From a virus, in the IMG/VR virus record IMGVR_UViG_3300037420_001736, positions 1 to 64,000 of that record: DNA of 64,000 bases; one strand, 5' to 3'. Positions within the stretch are counted from its first letter, which is position 1; the number at the start of each line of letters is the position of its first letter. Below, piece by piece: positions 10,275-18,531 of the stretch. Under the pieces are notes generated by a model, which did not search any database, had not been told where the DNA came from, and was given only the letters and a program-made list of their open reading frames with translations. Position numbers and translations under genes: made by a program.

Positions 10275-10307
10275 GTTCCTCAACCCTCGTCTTTGAAAGG
10301 ACGAACC

Positions 10308-10634
10308 ATGCAAGTGAACTGCAAGTTCAACGCTGTCGCGCCGGTCGCCGGCAAGACATTTAGCGCGCTGCGCATCACGCTCACCGATGCCAGCAACGCG
10401 GTGCAAAAGCAGGACATGAATACGACTGCCATCAAGGCGGCCGCCGTGAAGCAGGACGACGGCTCGTATGTCCTGCCGGTGACGTTCGCCAACGTGGCGG
10501 TCGGCCCTTATACCGTGAAGGCGCAGGCCGTCGACACCAGCGCCCAGCCGATCGGTTCCGAAGCCACCGGCTCGGGCACCGTGTCGATGGAAGACGGCGG
10601 CGCCTGGATCCCGTCGCCGATCTCGTTCGTCTGA
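10308..10634 (+). CDS. Small beta-rich (Ig-like?) protein of unknown function
   Basis: ATG at 10308 preceded by AAAGGA. Alternating hydrophobic pattern (YVLPVTFANVAVGPYTVKAQAV). Confidence 0.4.
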   Translation: MQVNCKFNAVAPVAGKTFSALRITLTDASNAVQKQDMNTTAIKAAAVKQDDGSYVLPVTFANVAVGPYTVKAQAVDTSAQPIGSEATGSGTVSMEDGGAWIPSPISFV

Positions 10635-10640
10635 CGCGCC

Positions 10641-11000
10641 ATGCTGCCGGCCACCTTCAGCCTGCAGGCCGCGGCGATCGCCGCCGGCGCTGCGCTGCTG
10701 CTGGGCCTGGCCGGCGGCGGCGCGGCGGTGCACGGCTGGTACTCGCCGCGCCTGGAGGCAGCCGAGCTGCGCGAGCGCGAGCTGGGCAACAAGGTCGACG
10801 AGCAGAACCGCGCCGTGGAGTCGCTGAAGGAGGCGGCCGACGAGCGCCAGCGCCAGGCCGAAAAGGCGCTGGCCGCCGCGCAGGCCGCGGCCAAGGCCTA
10901 CGAGACCAGCGCGCAGCGCATCCTGGGCACGCAGAAGCCTGCCGGCGCCAACGAATGCGCCGCGGCGCAGTGGCTGCTGCAGCAGGAGCTGCGCAAGTGA
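10641..11000 (+). CDS. i-spanin (Rz-like)
   Basis: N-terminal TM segment, then a charged coiled coil (ELRERELGNKVDEQNRAVESLKEAADERQRQAEKAL). Precedes the lipoprotein gene. Confidence 0.65.
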   Translation: MLPATFSLQAAAIAAGAALLLGLAGGGAAVHGWYSPRLEAAELRERELGNKVDEQNRAVESLKEAADERQRQAEKALAAAQAAAKAYETSAQRILGTQKPAGANECAAAQWLLQQELRK

Positions 11001-11239
11001 AGCGCGCCGCGCTGCTGGTGCTGGTGCTGCTGTCCGGCTGCGACACCTTCGTGCGCCGCGTCGAGGTGCCGGTGCCAGTGCCGTGCCGCGTGCAGCTGCC
11101 GGAGCACCCCGTGTGGGCCACCGACGCGCTGCCGGCCGATGCCGGCCTGTTCGAGCAGGTGCGCGCGCTGCTGGCCGAGCGCGCGCAGCGCCAGGCCTAC
11201 GAGCTCAAGCTGGAGGCGGCCGCCAAGGCCTGCGCCTGA
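10997..11239 (+). CDS. o-spanin (Rz1-like lipoprotein)
   Basis: GTGA overlap with the i-spanin stop. Lipobox VKRAALLVLVLLSGC. Pro-rich, 80 aa. Confidence 0.7.
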   Translation: MKRAALLVLVLLSGCDTFVRRVEVPVPVPCRVQLPEHPVWATDALPADAGLFEQVRALLAERAQRQAYELKLEAAAKACA

Positions 11240-11448
11240 TTGCCCCACGGCACCGGCGCGCCGTCGAGCACCCAGCCGCGGCCGTAGGTGCCGTCGCGCA
11301 TGCGCCGCACCGCGGCCACCCACTCGCGCCGATTGCGGCTGTTGTCGGGCACCAGCTCGGTGTCGGGGTAGATGCGCTCGGCTCGCGTCTCCAGCCCGTC
11401 GAGGCTGATCACGATGCGCACTTGCAGATTGCTTTGGGCCAACTTCAC
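11197..11448 (-). CDS. Hypothetical protein
   Basis: 83-aa track ORF, convergent with the o-spanin and overlapping it by 43 nt. No motif recognised. Confidence 0.35.
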   Translation of the reverse strand: MKLAQSNLQVRIVISLDGLETRAERIYPDTELVPDNSRNRREWVAAVRRMRDGTYGRGWVLDGAPVPWGNQAQALAAASSLSS

Positions 11449-11455
11449 TCTCCTC

Positions 11456-11623
11456 TCAGGTTGAGCGCCAGCGCAGCCAGGCCATCAGGCGCGCGAGGCG
11501 CCCGGCCTGGCGCCGCACCGGCGCGGGGTTGTTGAACACTTCGGTGATGCGCTCCAGCTCCAGCTGGCGCCGCTCCGCAGCGGCCACCAGCTCGAAGTGC
11601 GCGGGATCGAAGATCGTCTTCAT
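11456..11623 (-). CDS. Small hypothetical protein
   Basis: MKTIFDPAHFELVAAAERRQLELE. ATGA overlap with the upstream gene's stop. Confidence 0.4.
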   Translation of the reverse strand: MKTIFDPAHFELVAAAERRQLELERITEVFNNPAPVRRQAGRLARLMAWLRWRST

Positions 11624-12552
11624 GCCCAGCCAAACTTCTCGGCGCAGATCGGGCCGATGCCGCGGTCGATGCTCTTGCCGTCGGTGAGCTCGCGGCCGCA
11701 GACGCTGCAGGCGCCGAAGCGCTGGCCGTAGGCCACCGCGGCCGCCTCGGGGTCGCTGGCCGCGGCCACGATGCGCGCCTCCTCGTCGCTGCTGCAGGCG
11801 CGCACCTTGATGAACTTGCCGCCCATCACCTTGCCCAGGTACTCGCCCTTGCCCTCGTCGTCCTTGCGCTCGGCCGAGGTGACGTAGATTGCGCCGGCGT
11901 TCTTGCCGCTGGCGTTGGCCGGCTTCAGCACGAACGTGTCGAGCCGCAGCTTGGGCCACTTGACGCCGGCCGCCTTGGCCTTGGCGAAGGCCGCTTCCAG
12001 CTTCTCCAGGCTGGCCGCCTCGACCACCGGCGCCGCCTCGGCCGCCTTGGCAGCTTCGGCGGCCGCCGCGGCCTTGCGCAGGGCGCGCTCGCCGTCGTCG
12101 ACCACGCACTTGCGCACCGCGTTGAGCTGGCCGACCGTCAGGGTGCCGAACTTGTGCACCGCCTCGAACATGCTCTGGGCGAAGCCGAAGGCTTCCTTGC
12201 GCTCCAGGATCCAGGCTGCCTCGGCCGCGTTGGCCTCGGCGAAGTGGTCCCAGCGGCTGGCTGCCTGGCGCTCGCTGCGCGCGGCCGCGTTGGCGCGGTT
12301 CTTGGCGCGCTCGAACGGGCTGGTCTTGAAGGTCAGGACCCGGGCGCCGTTGCACTTGAAGCAGACGCTGCCGTGCGAGCTGGGGCCGAGGTAGCGGCCC
12401 GTGCCACGGCACTTGGGGCAGGGCTGGGTATAGACCGGCGCGGCGGCCTCGGCGGCCGATTCCTTGCGCACGGGTGCGCTGTCCAGGTCGTCGGGCATGT
12501 CGTCGAACGCGGGGCGCTCGACGGCGGGGCGGGCGGGAGAGGTGGCGAACAT
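11620..12552 (-). CDS. Zinc-ribbon protein with DUF6011-like C-terminal motif
   Basis: AGGAGA RBS before the ATG at 12552. CPKCRGTGRY...CFKCNG. C-terminus CSVCGRELTDGKSIDRGIGPICAEKF. Confidence 0.55.
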   Translation of the reverse strand: MFATSPARPAVERPAFDDMPDDLDSAPVRKESAAEAAAPVYTQPCPKCRGTGRYLGPSSHGSVCFKCNGARVLTFKTSPFERAKNRANAAARSERQAASRWDHFAEANAAEAAWILERKEAFGFAQSMFEAVHKFGTLTVGQLNAVRKCVVDDGERALRKAAAAAEAAKAAEAAPVVEAASLEKLEAAFAKAKAAGVKWPKLRLDTFVLKPANASGKNAGAIYVTSAERKDDEGKGEYLGKVMGGKFIKVRACSSDEEARIVAAASDPEAAAVAYGQRFGACSVCGRELTDGKSIDRGIGPICAEKFGWA

Positions 12553-12661
12553 TGCGGTCTCCTGAAGTAACGAACCCAGTATAACCAAAAATGATCAATA
12601 GCGTGCGCCGTGACGAACAATAAAACAACGCCCGGGACTTGCCCAGGCGCTGCGCTCGTCT

Positions 12662-13864
12662 TCAGGCGGCCGCCGGTTCTTCTTCGCGGCGCCTGGTCTT
12701 CCAGTTGACCGTGATCACCTCGGCCACCTTCTGCGCCACCTTGGCCTTCTCCGAGCCGCGGCCGTGGATGTAGCGCTCGGTGGTGCTCATCTGCTTGTGG
12801 CCCAGCTGGCCCTGGATCTGTTTCTGCGTCAGGCCGGCCTCGTGGCCGGTGGAGCCGACGGTGTGGCGCAGCGTGTGCGGCGTCGACTCCTCGGGCACGC
12901 CGGCGCGCCTGGCGATGCGCTTCCAGGGCTTCCACGGCGACGCCAGGCAGCAGCCCGGCTTGCGGCCCGGGATCAGCCACCGGCGGTCCTTGCCGTACAC
13001 CGCGTCGAGCTCGGCGATGATCTCCATCGCGATGTCGGGCAGCTGGATCGGCCGCTGGCCGACCTTGGAGTCCGGCAGCAGCAGCAGCTGGCGGTGCGCG
13101 TCGACCCAGCGCCGCTCGGCGGTGCGGATCTCGCTGTTGCGGCAGCCGGTGACCAGCCACAGGCGCACCAGCGCGGCCATCGCCAGGGGAATGTCCTGCT
13201 CGGCCACCAGCTCGTCGCAGGCGCGGTCGACGGCGCTGAACTGGTCCGGCGCCAGCACCAGGTCCTTCTGCCGCGTCTTGTACTTCTTCAGCCGGTAGCA
13301 GGGGTTGCTGTTCTGCGGCCGCCACTTCCACTCCTCGGCCAAGTTGAAGGCCTTGCCCAGCAGCGCCACGACCTGGTTGGCCGCTGACGGGGTCTGCACG
13401 AGCTCGCCCTGCAGCTTCAGCACGTCGGCCTTGTCGATCTCGGCCACTTTGCGCTGCGCCCACCTGGGGAGGATGTAGCGGCGCCAGGTGCCGTCGTCCT
13501 CCTTGGCGCTGCGCGGCTTCTTGAACGGCTCGGCCCACTCGCGCTGGTAGCGGTCGCGCAGGTCCTGGATCGTCGGCGCCTCGCGCGCCTCCTGGCGCTC
13601 GACGGCCGGGTCGCGGCCGTCGGCCACCTGGCCGAACACCTTGCGCGCCTTCTCGCGCGCCTTGTCGGGCGTGAGGTCGCAGCAGCGGGCGATGGTCATC
13701 TTGCGCGCGGTGCCATGCTGGTTGCGGTAGCGCACCACGAAGGTCTTGCGGCCGCTGGCCTGCACGCGCACACCGAACCCTGGCACCTCGCTGTCCCAGA
13801 CCCAGTGGTCGCCCTTCTCGGGCGTCGCGGCGTTGTCGACGATGGTCTTGTTGAGCTTCGGCAT
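12662..13864 (-). CDS. int: Tyrosine integrase (P4-type, N-terminal arm-binding domain)
   Basis: GGAGAA RBS before MPKLNK. WVWDSEVPGFGVRV arm-type N-terminus. Catalytic HTLRHTVGS...LGHKQMSTTERYIH. Confidence 0.9.
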   Translation of the reverse strand: MPKLNKTIVDNAATPEKGDHWVWDSEVPGFGVRVQASGRKTFVVRYRNQHGTARKMTIARCCDLTPDKAREKARKVFGQVADGRDPAVERQEAREAPTIQDLRDRYQREWAEPFKKPRSAKEDDGTWRRYILPRWAQRKVAEIDKADVLKLQGELVQTPSAANQVVALLGKAFNLAEEWKWRPQNSNPCYRLKKYKTRQKDLVLAPDQFSAVDRACDELVAEQDIPLAMAALVRLWLVTGCRNSEIRTAERRWVDAHRQLLLLPDSKVGQRPIQLPDIAMEIIAELDAVYGKDRRWLIPGRKPGCCLASPWKPWKRIARRAGVPEESTPHTLRHTVGSTGHEAGLTQKQIQGQLGHKQMSTTERYIHGRGSEKAKVAQKVAEVITVNWKTRRREEEPAAA

Positions 13865-13888
13865 CGGTTCTCCAAGTAGCTTCGAGCC

Positions 13889-13918
13889 CGGGCGCACTTC
13901 GGGCGCAGGTCGGGCGCA
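13889..13918 (+). promoter_or_regulatory. Three tandem CGGGCGCA boxes at exact 11-bp spacing
   Basis: CGGGCGCA at 13889, 13900 and 13911, just upstream of the int start. Confidence 0.6.
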
Positions 13919-13925
13919 AAAACGA

Positions 13926-14071
13926 GTGAAGTTGGGGGAGAGTGGAGGATGCCGGCGGTTGCTGGGTAGCCGGCTAACCCATTGAAGGCGTGAGAGTCCG
14001 TGTCACTCCGTGAAGTTGGGTGACTAGGATCGTGCCTTACTCAAAATCAGCTGTCTACTCAAAAATGAGTA
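13926..14071. repeat. att-like spacer repeats between int and tRNA-Leu
   Basis: GTGAAGTTGGG direct repeat (13926 and 14010). TACTCAAAA twice (14038, 14056). Palindrome TACTCAAAAATGAGTA (14056-14071). A/T-rich core. Confidence 0.5.
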
Positions 14072-14109
14072 TGGGCTTTCAACGGGTTATGGGCGCAGCG
14101 AGGCGGCCT

Positions 14110-14128
14110 CGGGCGCACTTCGGGCGCA
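14110..14128 (+). promoter_or_regulatory. Two CGGGCGCA boxes at 11-bp spacing upstream of tRNA-Leu
   Basis: CGGGCGCA at 14110 and 14121, in the same orientation as the 13889 cluster. Confidence 0.55.
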
Positions 14129-14164
14129 CGTAAGGACGGGACAGCCGGTGATCAGCAGTGAAGT

Positions 14165-14250
14165 GCCGGGGTGGCGGAACGGTAGACGCGCGGCGCTCAA
14201 AACGCCGTGTCCGCAAGGGCGTGCAGGTTCGATTCCTGTTCCCGGCACCA
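14165..14250 (+). tRNA. tRNA-Leu(CAA): tRNA-Leu (anticodon CAA), class II with long variable arm, CCA encoded
   Basis: Acceptor GCCGGGG/TCCCGGC. Anticodon loop CT-CAA-AA. Variable stem-loop GTGTCCGCAAGGGCGT. T-loop GGTTCGATTCC. 86 nt. Confidence 0.9.
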
Positions 14251-14255
14251 ACAGC

Positions 14256-14447
14256 TCAACGCCGCACCTTGTGCCAGGCCTCGACGGTCTGGCGGTAGTT
14301 GCCCATCGCCAGCGGCGGTTGCGGCTCGGTATCGATGCGCAGCGTGATGCCCATCATGTTCGCTACCTGCACCAGCGCGCGGGCGCGGCGCAGGATCTCG
14401 TCGAGCTGGGCCTGGCGCTGGTCAGGCGGGTGTCGGGTTGTGCTCAT
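14256..14447 (-). CDS. Small hypothetical protein
   Basis: 63-aa track ORF ending 6 nt from the tRNA 3' end. Last gene of the minus-strand early operon. Confidence 0.45.
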   Translation of the reverse strand: MSTTRHPPDQRQAQLDEILRRARALVQVANMMGITLRIDTEPQPPLAMGNYRQTVEAWHKVRR

Positions 14448-14703
14448 GCTCGTCCTCGGGTCGGTATTCGCCCCATGGGGGCGGGATCAGGCCGGCGGCG
14501 ATCAGCTCGGCCTCCTTGCGCTTGTCGCGCTTGGGCAGCGGACACCAGGCGATGAAGTGCTCGCCATAGCGGCCGTACCAGTTGCCGGTGGCCGTCGTGC
14601 GGCCGATGGTCAGCAGCTGCACCTTGGCGTCGGTGCGCTGCGGCACCTCGTAGCGCCAGCCGAGCTCGGCGTTGGGTGCGGCGATGTAGGCTTGATCGGT
14701 CAT
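14422..14703 (-). CDS. Hypothetical protein
   Basis: 93-aa track ORF with a start/stop overlap to its upstream neighbour. No motif recognised. Confidence 0.5.
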   Translation of the reverse strand: MTDQAYIAAPNAELGWRYEVPQRTDAKVQLLTIGRTTATGNWYGRYGEHFIAWCPLPKRDKRKEAELIAAGLIPPPWGEYRPEDEHEHNPTPA

Positions 14704-15038
14704 GCAGCTTGCGCGGCGCGCGCGCGCCGCAGGTCGTGGAGCTGCTTCGCATCGGCGAGCAGCTGGTCGGCCGCGGCCAGGCCGCGGAACTTAAACACGC
14801 TCGCCGGCGCCGCATTGCGGTTGGCCGACTTGCTGAAGTCATACTGGTCGCGCAGCACCATCTGCCCGGTCTTCGAGTCGAAGCGGAACAGCTGCTCGCG
14901 GTCCTCGACGCCGTACAGGTGCAGGTGCTTGTCGGCGCGGCGCGGGAAGGCCTCCAGGAGGTAGCGCAGCTCGCATTCGCGGCGCCAGGCCTCGCTGGTG
15001 GCCGACAGCTCCTCGCCGGTGAGCTCGCTGGTTGGCAT
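14700..15038 (-). CDS. Hypothetical protein
   Basis: MPTSELTGEE start, sharing 1 nt with the helicase stop (TGATG). Confidence 0.5.
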   Translation of the reverse strand: MPTSELTGEELSATSEAWRRECELRYLLEAFPRRADKHLHLYGVEDREQLFRFDSKTGQMVLRDQYDFSKSANRNAAPASVFKFRGLAAADQLLADAKQLHDLRRARAAQAA

Positions 15039-16180
15039 CAGACCAGCACCTTCACCCGCTCTGCAGCGCGAGTCACCGCCGTGTAAAGCCACTGATCAGC
15101 GGCCTCACGGAACACGCTCGACTCGTCGAAGATCAGCGCCTCGTCGTACTGGCTGCCCTGGCTCTTGTGACACGTGATCGCCCAGGCCCAGTCGAACTCC
15201 TCGAAGCGCTTGCGCACGCGCCAGTCCATGTTGTTCTTCGGGTCGCCGCCGAAGAATTCCAGGTGCGTGTCCACCTTCACGCCGTCGCCGAGGCCGTCGA
15301 TCGAGTCGATGGTCATCTTGATGCGCTCCGGGTGGCCGCTCACCTCTTTGGCGATCCACTGGCTGCCGTTGAGCAGGCCGGCCAGCTTGTTGTTCTTCAG
15401 GCACATCAGCCGCTCACCCGGCATCGGCAGCTTGTCGGTGTAGCCTTTCAGCTGGCGCATGCGCTGGTTGAAGGTGTTGCGGGTCTTGTTCATGCCGACC
15501 AGCACCTGGTCGGCCTGCAGCACCTCGGTCGCCAGCTCGTCCTTGCCGACGTCGGCGCGCCGGCGCACGTAGCTCTCGCCGTACCGGCCGGTCGCCAGGC
15601 CGCGTCCCTCGCGGATGTCCATGGACATGCGGATGATCGGGTTGTCCTGCGCCTGGCGGTGGATCTCGTCGAGCAGGATGTCGGGCGCCTGGCCGGTGAA
15701 GAAGCCCTCGCCGTTGATCGGCGGCAGCTGGAACGGGTCGCCCAGCACCAGCACCTTGGTGCCGAAGCTCAGGACGTCCTGCCCGAGCTCGGGCCCGACC
15801 ATCGACACCTCGTCGACGATCAGCAGGCGCACCAGCGACAGCGGCCCGTCGTGGTTGAGGACGAATGTCACCTCGCCGGTTTCCTCGTTCTCCTGCGGCT
15901 TGTAGCAGAGGCTGTGCAGAGTGCTGGCGCCGGCGCAGCCCTTCTTCTGCAGCACCAGCGCAGCCTTTCCGGTGAAGCATCCAAACAGCGCGCCGCCGCC
16001 GAGGTCTTCGTTGATCTGCTTCGCCAGCGTCGTCTTGCCGGTGCCGGCGTAGCCAAACAGCCGGAACACCTGCGGCGCGTGCGGGTCACGGAACCAACGC
16101 GCGATGGCCTTCAGGGCCATGTCCTGCTTGGGACTCCATTGCATACGGTCTTTCGTTGCGTCACGAGCGTGCCGCAGCAC
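15038..16180 (-). CDS. RecD/Dda-like SF1 DNA helicase
   Basis: Walker A GYAGTGKTTLAK, Walker B LLIVDEVSM, motif VI AITCHKSQGSQYD. Alternative start ATG at 16144. Confidence 0.85.
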   Translation of the reverse strand: MLRHARDATKDRMQWSPKQDMALKAIARWFRDPHAPQVFRLFGYAGTGKTTLAKQINEDLGGGALFGCFTGKAALVLQKKGCAGASTLHSLCYKPQENEETGEVTFVLNHDGPLSLVRLLIVDEVSMVGPELGQDVLSFGTKVLVLGDPFQLPPINGEGFFTGQAPDILLDEIHRQAQDNPIIRMSMDIREGRGLATGRYGESYVRRRADVGKDELATEVLQADQVLVGMNKTRNTFNQRMRQLKGYTDKLPMPGERLMCLKNNKLAGLLNGSQWIAKEVSGHPERIKMTIDSIDGLGDGVKVDTHLEFFGGDPKNNMDWRVRKRFEEFDWAWAITCHKSQGSQYDEALIFDESSVFREAADQWLYTAVTRAAERVKVLV

Positions 16181-16223
16181 CTCGAATCAGAAGCGGCGGG
16201 TGGGGTGCCCGCAGCTCTGGCCT

Positions 16224-16427
16224 TCACTTCCGGTAGGCGCTGGTGTGCTCCACCGTTCGCTTGTCCTCCCACTCGACCAACTGATCGAGTGGATAGAGGA
16301 TCCTGCCGCCAACGCGGGTGAAATGCGGCCCTGTACCTGCCCACCGCCAATTGCTGAGTGTGCGGACGCTGATGCATCCGTTCCACCGAGCCGACACCTG
16401 CTCAGGCGTCAGGTACTGCCGATTCAG
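16224..16427 (-). CDS. AlpA/Xis-like helix-turn-helix protein (start uncertain)
   Basis: My own translation: YLTPEQVSARWNGCISVRTLSNWRWAGTGPHFTRVGGRILYPLDQLVEWE. Not in the ORF track. Only CTG (16427) or GTG (16397) starts are available. Confidence 0.55.
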   Translation of the reverse strand: MNRQYLTPEQVSARWNGCISVRTLSNWRWAGTGPHFTRVGGRILYPLDQLVEWEDKRTVEHTSAYRK

Positions 16428-16482
16428 TGGACACCAGCCCAGCGCATGGCGCTCGGCCGGCGCGCGTCAACGTGCTTGCGCA

Positions 16483-17598
16483 TCAGAAAACGTCGTCCTC
16501 CTTGGGGGTGGTCGCTGCGTTGGGTTGCGGCTGGCTGGCCGGCTGTTGGGTGGCTGGTGCAGCTGCTTCCTGCGTCGTTGCGATGGCAGCTTGATCGCTG
16601 GATTCGGTTGCCGCCGCTTTCGCCGGCTTGCCGTCCCCTTCCACCGGCTTGCTCTTTTGGGTGGTGGCCTTCGCCCGTTGGGGGGATGCCTCGGCGGCCG
16701 GCGCTGGCGCATTGGCAGCGGCCTGCTTGGCGGTGTTGGTGAGCGCGGCGGCGGTGCTGGTGCTGGCCGCGGCGCTGGCGTCGGGCAGGTCGAAGTATTC
16801 CGACGCCTTGCCGCCTTCCTTCAGCGCGTTGAAGATACCGATCAGGTCGGCGAGCTCGTCGACGGTGGTCACGTCGAGCGTGTGGCCCAGCTTCGTCTCC
16901 AGGTGGATGACACCGACGCCGTATTTCGAGAACGCGGCCACCATCGCGTTGACGCGCTGGCTGATCGGCTTCTCGCTGTCGCCGGCGATCGTCTTCTTGC
17001 AGGCCTCGATGCCGGCCATCACCATGCCCTTGGGCAGCAGCGCCAGGATGCGGCCGCGCATCTGCTTGCTCGCCACGTTGGCGATGCGGTTGTCGATGTC
17101 GGTCTGGTCGCGCAGCACCTTCGGGCCGTTCTTCGTGTCGACCACGTGCATGACGGTGATCTGGCGCTCCGAGTGGTTGCCCTTCTCGGTGTCCCAGGCG
17201 TAGACCACGACCACGCTGCGGTCCTTGTCGCGGCTGAGCTCCTTGTGCCCGAACTCGAAGTTGCCGTAGCAGCGCGCGGCCTCCTCGGCGAAGCGGATCG
17301 ACGGGCCGCTGCCGCGGTTGGGCACGGCGTAGAACGCGACGTTGGCGAACTCGGGGATCTTGCAGGCCTCCATGAAGTCGGCCATCGCCTGCGTCATGCT
17401 GCGCGGGAACTTGCGCGCCAGCAGCTGCTTGCCCTGCGCCTCGGCGATCGCGCGCTGCGACTCGATCTCGACGACGGCGTGGTTCATGCCGCCGCTGGTC
17501 TGCTGCATGCGCTGGAAGGGGTTGGTGGTGGCCGGCGCTTGCTGCGGCATCTCGGCCGGCAGGTTGGCCGGGTGGTTCTGGTCGATGATTTCGGTCAT
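16483..17598 (-). CDS. Putative recombination-associated protein with low-complexity linker and acidic C-terminal tip
   Basis: 371 aa in the recombination module. C-terminal A/P/Q-rich region ending in EDDVF, reminiscent of the SSB tail. Family not recognised. Confidence 0.45.
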   Translation of the reverse strand: MTEIIDQNHPANLPAEMPQQAPATTNPFQRMQQTSGGMNHAVVEIESQRAIAEAQGKQLLARKFPRSMTQAMADFMEACKIPEFANVAFYAVPNRGSGPSIRFAEEAARCYGNFEFGHKELSRDKDRSVVVVYAWDTEKGNHSERQITVMHVVDTKNGPKVLRDQTDIDNRIANVASKQMRGRILALLPKGMVMAGIEACKKTIAGDSEKPISQRVNAMVAAFSKYGVGVIHLETKLGHTLDVTTVDELADLIGIFNALKEGGKASEYFDLPDASAAASTSTAAALTNTAKQAAANAPAPAAEASPQRAKATTQKSKPVEGDGKPAKAAATESSDQAAIATTQEAAAPATQQPASQPQPNAATTPKEDDVF

Positions 17599-17625
17599 GT
17601 GCGTGCTCGTGGTGGGGGGAATGGA

Positions 17626-17886
17626 TCAGCCGCGGTGGGCGCGGCGGTTGCGGGCCTGGTTGCGCTTCTTGCGCGCGGCGCGCTGGTGCTGGCGCACGGT
17701 GACGCGCTCCTTCTTGGCGTAGCCCCAGTGCGTGACGTAGGGGGTACCAGTGGTGCGGCGCGCCTCCTTCTTTCTCGGCGCCACCGCCTGCACAGTGACG
17801 GCGGGCTGACCCATGAAGGCAGCACCCATGCCGGCGGCCGCCATCACGGCAGCGGTCATCAGACCCATTCGACTGGTGCCGCGCAT
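17626..17886 (-). CDS. Small protein with signal-like N-terminus and very basic C-terminus
   Basis: MRGTSRMGLMTAAVMAAAGMGAAF, then a K/R-rich tail. Start adjacent to the upstream stop. Confidence 0.4.
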   Translation of the reverse strand: MRGTSRMGLMTAAVMAAAGMGAAFMGQPAVTVQAVAPRKKEARRTTGTPYVTHWGYAKKERVTVRQHQRAARKKRNQARNRRAHRG

Positions 17887-17887
17887 G

Positions 17888-18478
17888 TCAGTGCACCTTC
17901 CCGTTGGTGGCGGTCTGGTCGGCCTCCTGCTGCGCCTGGGCCTGCGCGGCCTGCACGAGCTGCATGACCGCATTGGCGCCGTTCTGCAGCGCCTGCAGCA
18001 GCACGTCGAGCACGGCCGGGCCGCCGCGCATGAAAGCCACGGCCGCCGCCGGCTGGCCGGTGGCGTGGTCCATCAGCTGCACCACGCTCACCAAGCCGCC
18101 GCTGTCAGCCATGCCCTCGGCGATCAGCTGCAACGGCGCCAGCATGATGTGGTCGCCATCAGGCGTCGCCGGCTTCGACGGGTGCGGCAGATAGTCCACC
18201 TCGACGATCTCGCGCTCGGGCAGCGCGTAGCCCACCAGCTTGGCGTGGGTGCGAAGCGTCGCGTCGACGTCCATGTTGTTGAGCAGCCATTCCGAGGCCT
18301 CGCTGTTGTTGCCAGCGAACAGGCCCATGCTGTCCTCGCGCGCCGCGTCGAGCGTGGGGAACTCGTCGGGGCACTGCTGGTGGTAGTAGGTCGCTCGGTC
18401 GTCCGCGATGCAGCGGATCGGCAGCTCGAAGATATGGCCCGACACGAGCGTCAGGCGCAGGGTTTCGATGGTGGTCAC
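17888..18478 (-). CDS. Hypothetical protein
   Basis: 196-aa track ORF with good GC3. No motif recognised. Confidence 0.5.
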   Translation of the reverse strand: MTTIETLRLTLVSGHIFELPIRCIADDRATYYHQQCPDEFPTLDAAREDSMGLFAGNNSEASEWLLNNMDVDATLRTHAKLVGYALPEREIVEVDYLPHPSKPATPDGDHIMLAPLQLIAEGMADSGGLVSVVQLMDHATGQPAAAVAFMRGGPAVLDVLLQALQNGANAVMQLVQAAQAQAQQEADQTATNGKVH

Positions 18479-18531
18479 GGGTGCTCCAAAAAAGAGTTGG
18501 ATGATTGTATTTGATCAAGCGCCGCGCGCGC

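Noticed and set aside
13865-13897. Integrase start at 13897 (GTG) as given by the ORF track
   Set aside because: The ATG at 13864 has a GGAGAA RBS and begins with the conserved MPKLN.. N-terminus. The extension would overlap the phased CGGGCGCA boxes.
16111-16386. 91-aa minus-strand track ORF (MERMHQRPHTQQLAVGRY...)
   Set aside because: A different frame of the same strand gives a convincing AlpA/Xis-type HTH (YLTPEQVSARWNGCISVRTLSNWRW...). The track ORF is therefore considered an out-of-frame artefact.
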